Of a DNA stretch of 64,000 bases, positions 52,393-59,803 are shown piece by piece. The DNA comes from Gemmatimonadales bacterium. Its GTDB lineage: Bacteria; Gemmatimonadota; Gemmatimonadetes; Gemmatimonadales; GWC2-71-9. Position numbers and translations under genes: made by a program. The first letter of the stretch is position 1, and each line of letters opens with the position of its first letter. The notes under the pieces are model-generated. The model ran no database searches. It was not told the DNA's origin and saw only the letters and a list, made by a program, of their open reading frames with translations. The stretch covers positions 6,024 to 70,023 of the forward strand of contig DATAHW010000058.1 in assembly GCA_036262935.1 (NCBI GenBank), read 5' to 3'.

Positions 52393-53636
52393 GCGACGCG
52401 CGGCGGGTGGTGGTCACGGGCATCGGGGCGGTCACCCCGATCGGGCTGGGAGTGGACGGTCTGTGGGAGGGACTCCGGCGGCGCCAGTCGGCGGTCCGCT
52501 GCATTACCCGCTTCGACCCCACGGCCTTCAAGTCGCGTGTCGCGGGCGAGGTCGCCGACTTCGTGCCGACCGACCACATCGAGGAGCGACGGGCCCGGCG
52601 GCTCGACCGGTACTCCCAGTTCACCATCGCGGCGACCCGGATGGCCCTGGCCGACGCCCACCTCGACCTCGCGCGCGAGGACCCCGATCGGGTGGGCGCC
52701 ATGATGGGCACCGCGCTGGGCGGCGTGGCCCACGGCGAGAAGAACTATCATGCCTTCCTGACCGTCGGCCCGCGCGCGGTGGACCCGGCGCTGGCGCTCA
52801 CGGTCTTCGCCGGCGCCGCGAGCTGCAATATCGCCATCGAGTTCGGCTGCACCGGCCCCAACTCCACCAATGGAATGAGCTGCGCCTCGGGCGCGATCGC
52901 CATCGGCGACGGGTTCCGCGCGATCGTGCGGGGCGACGCGGACGTGATGCTGGCCGGCGGGGCGGAGGCCCCGCTCGCGCCGCTCTGCTTCGGCGCGTTC
53001 GCCATCATCCGCGCGATGTCCACCCGGAACGACGATCCGACCCACGCGAGCCGTCCGTTCGACGCCGGCCGGGACGGATTCGTGATGGCCGAGGGCGCGG
53101 CCGTGCTGGTGCTGGAGGAGCGGAGCCGTGCGCTCGCGCGGGGCGCGCCGGTGTATGCCGAGCTCTGCGGGTTCGGGCTCACCAACGACGCGCACCACAT
53201 GACGGCGCCCCGGCCGGACGGGCGCCAGGCCGCGCGCGCCATGCGGAACGCCCTGGGCGAGGCCCACGTGACGCCGGGCGAGGTGGGCTACATTAACGCG
53301 CACGGCTCTTCCACTCCGCTCAACGACCCGACCGAGACCTCCGCGATCAAGCAGGTGTTCGGCGACCTGGCTTATCGGGTGGCGCTGAGCGGTACCAAGG
53401 GGTACTACGGGCACGCGCTCGGCGCGAGCGGCGCCATCGAAGCGGCCATCTGCGCCCTGGCCTCCCGGCGCGGCTGGCTCCCCCCCACCGTCAACCTGGA
53501 GACCCCCGATCCCGCCTGCGACCTGCCGCAGGTCACGGGCGACGGACGCGACGGCCGGCCCGAGGTGCTGCTCAGCAACTCGTTCGGCTTCGGCGGCATC
53601 AACGCCGCGCTGGTGTTTCGTCGGGCGGACGCCTAG
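52389..53636 (+). CDS. Beta-ketoacyl synthase (FabF/KAS I-II type)
   Basis: RVVVTGIGAVTPIG, active-site Cys context NGMSCASGAIAIG, His contexts INAHGSSTPLND and GYYGHALGASG, C-terminal NSFGFGGINAALVF. ATGA overlap with the upstream gene. Confidence 0.8.
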   Translation: MSDARRVVVTGIGAVTPIGLGVDGLWEGLRRRQSAVRCITRFDPTAFKSRVAGEVADFVPTDHIEERRARRLDRYSQFTIAATRMALADAHLDLAREDPDRVGAMMGTALGGVAHGEKNYHAFLTVGPRAVDPALALTVFAGAASCNIAIEFGCTGPNSTNGMSCASGAIAIGDGFRAIVRGDADVMLAGGAEAPLAPLCFGAFAIIRAMSTRNDDPTHASRPFDAGRDGFVMAEGAAVLVLEERSRALARGAPVYAELCGFGLTNDAHHMTAPRPDGRQAARAMRNALGEAHVTPGEVGYINAHGSSTPLNDPTETSAIKQVFGDLAYRVALSGTKGYYGHALGASGAIEAAICALASRRGWLPPTVNLETPDPACDLPQVTGDGRDGRPEVLLSNSFGFGGINAALVFRRADA

Positions 53637-53680
53637 ATTCGCGGCCGTCCTCACCCCTGACACCACACCAAGGATGCCCG

Positions 53681-54361
53681 ATGACTTCGCTCTTGCGCCG
53701 GTCGCTCGCGGAAGCCGTGGGAACCTTCGCCTTCGTCTTCATCGGGTGCGCGGTCGTCGTGATGAAATCGGCGCCCGGCGCGGGCTACGGGCTGCTGGGC
53801 ATCGCCTGGGGTCATGCCATCGCGCTGTCCATCATGGTCACGGCGACGATGGCGATCTCCGGCGGTCACCTGAACCCCGCCGTCACGGTCGGGCTGCTCG
53901 TGGGGCGGCGCATCAACGGGCAGACGGCCGCCGGGTACATCGTGGCCCAGCTCGTGGGCGCCGTGATCGCGGCACTCTGCGTCAAGCACCTGTTCCCTAT
54001 CGGCTCCGTCCGGGCCACGTCCCTCGGCACGCCTGCCCTGGCCGGAAACGTCCAGCTCTCGCAGGCCATCGGCATCGAGGCGGTCCTGACCTTCTTTCTG
54101 GTCTCCATGGTGTACGGGACCTGCGTCAACTCCGAGTCACCCAAGGTCGGCGGTTTCGCCATCGGCCTCGTGCTGCTGTGCGACATCCTGATCGGCGGCC
54201 CCCTGACCGGCGCCGCGGCCAACCCCGCCCGCGCCTTCGGCCCAGCCCTGGTATCCGGCCAGTGGGTGGCCCACAGCGTCTACTGGATCGGGCCACTGCT
54301 GGGCGGGATCGTGGCGGGACTGCTCTGGGAATACGTGCTGCTGCCGAAGCGGGAGAGGTGA
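53681..54361 (+). CDS. aqpZ: Aquaporin (MIP family, AqpZ-like)
   Basis: Two NPA motifs (GGHLNPAVTVG and AAANPARAFGP) and 6 TM helices. AAGGA lies upstream of the ATG. Confidence 0.85.
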   Translation: MTSLLRRSLAEAVGTFAFVFIGCAVVVMKSAPGAGYGLLGIAWGHAIALSIMVTATMAISGGHLNPAVTVGLLVGRRINGQTAAGYIVAQLVGAVIAALCVKHLFPIGSVRATSLGTPALAGNVQLSQAIGIEAVLTFFLVSMVYGTCVNSESPKVGGFAIGLVLLCDILIGGPLTGAAANPARAFGPALVSGQWVAHSVYWIGPLLGGIVAGLLWEYVLLPKRER

Positions 54362-54615
54362 CGGGGGACGGAAAGACGGAAAGACGGAAGGGCAGAAAGA
54401 CCGAAGGGCGGATGGCGGAAGGACGGAAGGATGGAACGCGGTGAGCCGGCGGGCACTGTCATCCCGAGCGAAGCGAGGGATCTGGCCGGGCCGAGTTCGA
54501 GCAACGCGGAGTAGATCCCTCGCTTCGCTCGGGATGACAGTGCTTCCTATGGGCCCGTCTGACCCCCCGACCGTCCGCCCGCCTGACCGTCCGCCCGCCC
54601 ATCCGCCTTCCGCAC
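54362..54615. repeat. Family A nested palindromic repeat, copy A3 (core 54454-54542) with (ACGGAARG)n left and C-rich 8-nt periodic right flanks
   Basis: Core arms are CACTGTCATCCCGAGCGAAGCGAGGGATC and GATCCCTCGCTTCGCTCGGGATGACAGTG. GTGAGCC precedes the core, as in A1 and A4. Confidence 0.85.
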
Positions 54616-54714
54616 CCTTCCCCACAGCGCCGCCAGGTAACCCGCGAGAATCACCGGCGCCACCACATATGCCGCGACGAGGTAGCCGACGTTGTGCGGC
54701 GTCTCAGCCGGCAT
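54547..54714 (-). CDS. ccmD: Heme exporter protein CcmD with a repeat-encoded C-terminal tail
   Basis: MPAETPHNVGYLVAAYVVAPVILAGYLAALW is a typical single-TM CcmD. Its start overlaps the ccmC stop. The tail GRADGQAGGRSGGQTGP is translated from the family A flank. Confidence 0.55.
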   Translation of the reverse strand: MPAETPHNVGYLVAAYVVAPVILAGYLAALWGRVRKADGRADGQAGGRSGGQTGP

Positions 54715-55432
54715 CGGTGGCCTCCGCGGCCTCGTCGCGGGCCTCTTCCGCCAGCGCAAGCGCGTAACGCAGCGTCACCAGCCCCACGTAGAGCAGCGTG
54801 AACACCGCCGTCGAGACGAGCAGCGTCCGGAGCATCTCCGGCGGCAGCGAGGGCGCGCTGGGCTTGAGCACTACCGGCTGGGGGTGGAGCGTGCGGAAGA
54901 GATAGACGCTCAGGTGGATGAAGGGGACCAGCAGCATTCCCAGGATTCCCACCACCGCGCTGAAACGCGCGCGCTCCTCGGGGTCGTGCACCGAGGCTCT
55001 GAGGGCGAGGTAGCCGATGAACAGAAAGAACAGAAAGAGCGTGAGCGTGAGCCGCGCGTCCCAGGTCCACCAGGTGCCCCAGATCGGCTTGGCCCAGATG
55101 GGGCCGGTGGTGAGCATGACCGCGCTGAAGGCGACCCCTACCTCCGCGGACGACGCGGCGAAGCGGTCCAGCCGCGGGTCGTGCAGCCAGAGGTAGAGCG
55201 CGCTCGTGACCCCGACGAGGGAGAAAGCGATCAGCGCGCTCCACGCCGCCGGTACGTGGAGATAGAAGATCTTCTGCGCCGGCCCCTGCCGCAGCTCCAC
55301 CGGCGTGAACTTCAGCGCCAGCACGTACACGCCCGCCAGGCCGAGCAGCGCCGCCAGGCTGATGCGGAGCCCGCGGCGCGCGAGGGTCCGGGCGACCGAG
55401 GCGGCGGCGGTGCGGCTGCCGGAGCCCGTCAT
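54704..55432 (-). CDS. ccmC: Heme exporter protein CcmC
   Basis: WWD motif WGTWWTWDARLT and a multi-TM layout. ATGA overlap with the ccmB stop when started at 55432. Confidence 0.85.
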   Translation of the reverse strand: MTGSGSRTAAASVARTLARRGLRISLAALLGLAGVYVLALKFTPVELRQGPAQKIFYLHVPAAWSALIAFSLVGVTSALYLWLHDPRLDRFAASSAEVGVAFSAVMLTTGPIWAKPIWGTWWTWDARLTLTLFLFFLFIGYLALRASVHDPEERARFSAVVGILGMLLVPFIHLSVYLFRTLHPQPVVLKPSAPSLPPEMLRTLLVSTAVFTLLYVGLVTLRYALALAEEARDEAAEATDAG

Positions 55433-56109
55433 TCGTCCACCACGGCGGAGAAAGCCATCGTACACAGGGTCACGAATACCACGTCGTAGAGGGCAAGGAG
55501 TCTAAGCCAACCCAGCATCTCGCTCAATGGACGCCCGGCCAGGAGCCGTGATGTTACCTGCACCGCCCCGATGAGCGGCGGCACCATGAACGGCAGCAGC
55601 AGGACCGGCAGCATCAGCTCCGCGAACCGGGTCCGCACCGCCATGGCGCTGAAGATGGTGCCCACCGACACGAAGCCGATCGTGGCGAGCGCCGTCACCC
55701 CGATGAGCCCCGGCAGTGCCCGCCACAGGTCCACGTTGAAGAACAGCACGAAGAGCGGCAGCGTCACCGCCTCGACCGTGCCCACGAACGCCAGGTTGGC
55801 GAGCAGCTTGCCCGCGAACAGCGCGCCCCGCGGGAGCGGCGCGAGCAGCAGGCCGTCCAGCGCCCCGTGCTCCCGCTCGATGGTGAACGCCCGGTTGAGC
55901 GCCACCATCGCCGCCAGCGCGAACGTCACCCACAGGACGCTCGGCGCGAGGTCCGTGGCGGCCAGCGCCGTCGGATCGCGGGCGAAGTTGAACACCACCA
56001 GCACCAGCGCCGCGAACACCACCGCGGAGAGCAGCGCCGTACGGCTCCGGAGCTCCGCCCGGATGTCCTTCCCGGCCACCGCGAGCGCCAGCCGGAGCGA
56101 TTCAGCCAC
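55429..56109 (-). CDS. ccmB: Heme exporter permease CcmB
   Basis: 226 aa with 6 TM helices, positioned between ccmA and ccmC. FTIEREHGALDGLLLAP motif. Confidence 0.8.
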   Translation of the reverse strand: MAESLRLALAVAGKDIRAELRSRTALLSAVVFAALVLVVFNFARDPTALAATDLAPSVLWVTFALAAMVALNRAFTIEREHGALDGLLLAPLPRGALFAGKLLANLAFVGTVEAVTLPLFVLFFNVDLWRALPGLIGVTALATIGFVSVGTIFSAMAVRTRFAELMLPVLLLPFMVPPLIGAVQVTSRLLAGRPLSEMLGWLRLLALYDVVFVTLCTMAFSAVVDE

Positions 56110-56821
56110 CGGTCCACTCCCGGTAGCGCGGCAGGAACGCCGTCAGCGGGCCGGCCACGGGCTGCTGCCCCGCCCACCGGCCGCCGACCAGCACCGCCAC
56201 TCGGGTGGCCACATCCCAGACCTCCGCCAGGTTGTGAGTCACGATCACGAGTCCGAGCCCCTCCGCCAGCCGGGTCCGCAACCGGTCGCGGAGCCGGTCG
56301 GCGGAGGCCGCGTCGAGGGCGCTGAAGGGCTCGTCCAGGAGCAGCACCCGCGGGCGGTGCAGCAGCGCCCGCGCGATCGCCGCGCGCTGGAGCAGCCCGC
56401 GGCTCAGCTTCCGCGGGGAGTCATGCGCCCGCGCGGCCAGTCCCGCCTCGGCGAGGGCGTCGCGAGCGGCATCGGCCGGCGCCGGGAGCCCGTAGAGTCT
56501 GGCCGTGAAGGCGAGGTTCTCCAGCAGCGTCAGGTCATCGTACAGCAGCGACTGGTGCGACAGGAGCCCGATCGCGCGGCGCGCCTGGGGCGCGCCCTCG
56601 CCCAGCGCGTGACCGAGCACGCGCACGTCGCCGGCGGCCGGACGCATGAGGCCCGCCAGGATCCGGAGCAGCGTGCTCTTGCCGGCGCCGTTCGGGCCAG
56701 CGACCGCGAGCGCCTCGCCCGGCGCCAGCGTCAGGTCGATGTCGTGGAGGACGCGGAAGCGGCCGAACGAACGGCGGAGCCCACGGGCGACGAGCAGCGG
56801 CGCGCCGTCACAGGACGGCAT
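56102..56821 (-). CDS. ccmA: Heme ABC exporter ATPase CcmA
   Basis: Walker A GPNGAGKST, signature LSRGLLQR, Walker B LLLDEP. Confidence 0.8.
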   Translation of the reverse strand: MPSCDGAPLLVARGLRRSFGRFRVLHDIDLTLAPGEALAVAGPNGAGKSTLLRILAGLMRPAAGDVRVLGHALGEGAPQARRAIGLLSHQSLLYDDLTLLENLAFTARLYGLPAPADAARDALAEAGLAARAHDSPRKLSRGLLQRAAIARALLHRPRVLLLDEPFSALDAASADRLRDRLRTRLAEGLGLVIVTHNLAEVWDVATRVAVLVGGRWAGQQPVAGPLTAFLPRYREWTGG

Positions 56822-57176
56822 CGATCCGCGCGCCGAGTTCGTCGAGGCGGAAGGGTTTGACGATGTAGCCGGAGTGGGGAAGATTCAGGACCTTGAGCTG
56901 GGGCTCGATGCTCATGTAGGCCGTCGTGATGATGACCGGCAGGTCGGGTTGCGTCACCCGGATCCGGCGCAGCAGCTCGATGCCGTCGGTGTCGGGCAGG
57001 CGCATGTCGAGCACCGCGACGTCGGGAGGCTGCAGCTCGAGCTGCTCCAGCGCTTCGGCGCCCGTGGAGGCAAACACCAGGTCGTATCTTGGCTCGAACG
57101 CTCGCTGGTAGCTGAGCCGCAGCGCGGGCTCGTCCTCCACGATCAGGACGCGCCGGCGGCGCTTTGCCTGCGTCAT
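56808..57176 (-). CDS. Single-domain response regulator (CheY-like receiver)
   Basis: VLIVEDEP..DVAVLDMRLPDTDG..VIITTAY..KPF. 122 aa. Its 3' end overlaps the ccmA start by 14 nt. Confidence 0.8.
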   Translation of the reverse strand: MTQAKRRRRVLIVEDEPALRLSYQRAFEPRYDLVFASTGAEALEQLELQPPDVAVLDMRLPDTDGIELLRRIRVTQPDLPVIITTAYMSIEPQLKVLNLPHSGYIVKPFRLDELGARIDAVL

Positions 57177-57306
57177 GCCACGTACCCCGCGACCCGATGC
57201 CGGGCGACACTCGCGTAGTGAGAGGGGGAGCCCGCGGCGTACACTAATCGGTTGCGGGGGAGCCGTCCATCCCGCGAGCGGCCGCGCGACGCGACCGGGC
57301 GCTCGC

Positions 57307-57621
57307 TCAACCGTCTTCTGCTTCGACGATGAACAGGTCGTAGAGCTTCGTGATGGTGAGGAGAAACCGGATCTCCTCGCTGGGATTGCGGAGCACCACC
57401 GTCTGCCGCCGCTCGGCGGCCAGCCGCTGAATCAGCATCAGCGCACCGAGGCCGGCGGAATCGACTTCGCGCGTGTGCATCAGGTCGATGACCAGCCGGC
57501 CGGAGCCTTCGGGCATCTCCTCGAGCAGCCGCTCCGCCGCCTGGCGGATCTCCACACGAGTCTCCAGGCCGAGCACTTCAGGCGCGGCCAGGCCACGTTC
57601 CAGATCCTGCGGGGTCCTCAT
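57307..57621 (-). CDS. STAS domain protein (anti-sigma-factor antagonist, SpoIIAA-like)
   Basis: 104 aa. VIDLMHTREVDSAGLGALMLI contains the conserved phosphorylatable Ser context. AAGGAGG lies upstream of the ATG. Confidence 0.7.
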   Translation of the reverse strand: MRTPQDLERGLAAPEVLGLETRVEIRQAAERLLEEMPEGSGRLVIDLMHTREVDSAGLGALMLIQRLAAERRQTVVLRNPSEEIRFLLTITKLYDLFIVEAEDG

Positions 57622-57916
57622 CCATCCTCCTTCGGCACCGAGCTATCTCACCATGCTTCGGTGAGACCTCTAGTTTTGCGGCCCCGGATCACTCCGGGTG
57701 TGCTCTTATCGGGCGGATCGACGCCTCGCCGCAGGTCACGTTGCGGCTGCGCCCCGGAAAAAGGCGAGTCTGGTGCCAGTGACGGCAAACTGATGTGCGA
57801 GACTGCCTTAGGGATGCCTATCCAGGCCTGAGTGCGACCGCTTGCGTCGCAGACCGCGAGATTGTAGTGCAAAAGGGGCGTGGGGGTAAGAGGAGATGGT
57901 CGCGACCCGCGACCGG

Positions 57917-59800
57917 CTACAGCTGAATCCTTGCCCCGAGCTCCAGCACCCGGTTGGGCGGCAGGTTGAAGAAGGCGGTCGCGGATTGGGCGTTCCGCGC
58001 CATGACGATGAACAGCAGCTTCCGCCAGCGCGCCATCCTCGAGTTGCCATCGGGGAGCAGCGTCTCGCGGCCCAGGTAGAAGCTCGTTTCGGCGGGGCTG
58101 GCCCGCAGGCCGTCGCGCTGCAGCGAGGCGAGCAGCGCCGGCACGTCGGGCGTCTCCATGAACCCGTAGCGGCCCACCACGCGGTGGAACCCGTCGCCCA
58201 GGGACTTGAGTGTGAGGCGCTCCTCCCGCGGCACCTGCGGGATTTCCTCGCCCTCGATCGACATAATGACGACCGTCTCGTGCAGCACCTTGTTGTGCTT
58301 GAGATGGTGGAGCAGCACGACTGGGACGCCGGCCGGGTCCGAAGTCATGAAGACCGCCGTGCCCGGCACCCGCGCCGGCCGGCGCCGCCGGATGTCCTCG
58401 AGAAAGAGGTCCAGCGGAAGCGCGCTCTCCCGCAGCGCCGACGCCACGCTCTCCCGCCCGCGCTTCCAGGTCGTCATCAGGACGTAGAGGACCACCGCGA
58501 TCAGGAGCGGAAGCCACCCGCCGCTCGCGACCTTCGCCAGGTTGGCGCCGAGAAACGCCAGGTCTGCCGACAGGAAGAGCGCCCCGACCAGAGCGACGCG
58601 CCAGCGCGGCCACTGCCACCGGTCCCGTGCTACCGTGCAGAACAGCACGGTCGTGATGGTCATCGTGCCGGTCACCGCGATGCCGTAGGCGGAGGCGAGA
58701 TTGCTGGTGGACTGGAACACCAGCACCAGCAGCACGCAGGTCACCGCCAGGAGCCGGTTGACTCCCGGCAGGTAGATCTGCCCGATCGCGGTCTGCGAGG
58801 TGTGGAGGATGGTGACCCGCGGGCTGTACCCGAGCTGGAGCGCCTGGCGGGTGAGCGAGAAGGCGCCCGAGATGAGCGCCTGCGAGGCCACCACCGCGGC
58901 CGCCGTCGCGATCCCCACCATCGGGTAGAGCGCCCACGACGGGACGAGGGAATAGAATGGATTGCGCGCCGCCGAGGCATCCGACAGCAGCAGCGCCCCC
59001 TGGCCGAAATAGTTGAGCACCAGCGCGGGCAGCACCACGGCAAACCAGCCGAGACGGATCGGCCGCCGGCCGAAGTGGCCCATGTCGGCGTAGAGCGCCT
59101 CGCCGCCGGTCACCACCAGCACGACCGCTCCCAGGATCAGGAACCCGCGCGGCCAGTCCCCCAGGAAGAACGTGATCGCGTGCCACGGGTTGATCGCGGC
59201 GATCACCTCCGGGTGCCGCATGATGCCACCGATCCCGAGCAGCGCGATGGACAGGAACCAGACCACCATCACCCGGCCGAACACCGCTCCCACGCGGGCC
59301 GTGCCCCTGTGCTGGAACACGAACAGAGCCACCAGGATGACGCTCGCCAGGATCGGCACCACCCATCCGGGGATGCTCGACGCGATGTCGATCCCCTCGA
59401 CCGCGCCGAGGACCGAGATCGCGGGCGTGATGACGCCGTCGCCGTACAGGAGCGCCGCTCCGAACAGCGCCAGCCCCACGAGCAGCCGCCGCGTGCGCCG
59501 GTCCCGATGGCGCGGGTGCAGCAGGGCGAGGAGCGCCATGATGCCGCCCTCACCCCGGTTGTCCGCCTGCATGATGAAGGTCAGGTACTTCAGCGAGACC
59601 ACGAAATTGAGTGACCAGAAGATCAGCGACAGCACGCCCAGGACGTTCGGGGCCGTGGGCGCCACCCCGTACTCCGGGGCGAAGCACTCCTTGAGCGCGT
59701 ACAGCGGGCTGGTGCCGATGTCCCCATAGACTACGCCCAGCGCGGCGAGCGCCGCGGCCAGGGACGCGTGGCGGGACGCCGGCTCGTGGTCGGTGGTCAT
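57917..59800 (-). CDS. kup: KUP/HAK/KT family potassium transporter (paralog 1)
   Basis: N-terminal GVVYGDIGTSPLYALKECF, about 12 TM helices and a cytoplasmic C-terminal domain. 627 aa. Confidence 0.85.
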   Translation of the reverse strand: MTTDHEPASRHASLAAALAALGVVYGDIGTSPLYALKECFAPEYGVAPTAPNVLGVLSLIFWSLNFVVSLKYLTFIMQADNRGEGGIMALLALLHPRHRDRRTRRLLVGLALFGAALLYGDGVITPAISVLGAVEGIDIASSIPGWVVPILASVILVALFVFQHRGTARVGAVFGRVMVVWFLSIALLGIGGIMRHPEVIAAINPWHAITFFLGDWPRGFLILGAVVLVVTGGEALYADMGHFGRRPIRLGWFAVVLPALVLNYFGQGALLLSDASAARNPFYSLVPSWALYPMVGIATAAAVVASQALISGAFSLTRQALQLGYSPRVTILHTSQTAIGQIYLPGVNRLLAVTCVLLVLVFQSTSNLASAYGIAVTGTMTITTVLFCTVARDRWQWPRWRVALVGALFLSADLAFLGANLAKVASGGWLPLLIAVVLYVLMTTWKRGRESVASALRESALPLDLFLEDIRRRRPARVPGTAVFMTSDPAGVPVVLLHHLKHNKVLHETVVIMSIEGEEIPQVPREERLTLKSLGDGFHRVVGRYGFMETPDVPALLASLQRDGLRASPAETSFYLGRETLLPDGNSRMARWRKLLFIVMARNAQSATAFFNLPPNRVLELGARIQL

Positions 59801-59803
59801 GTC

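Noticed and set aside
57622-57916. The 295-bp intergenic region between kup1 and the STAS gene, considered as a candidate small RNA gene. It contains hairpins TCTCACC-ATGCTTC-GGTGAGA, GGTCGCG-ACC-CGCGACC and GCGAC-CGCTTGC-GTCGC.
   Set aside because: The hairpins are short and fit a kup terminator plus a STAS promoter or leader. I could not match any known ncRNA family, and I have no conservation data.
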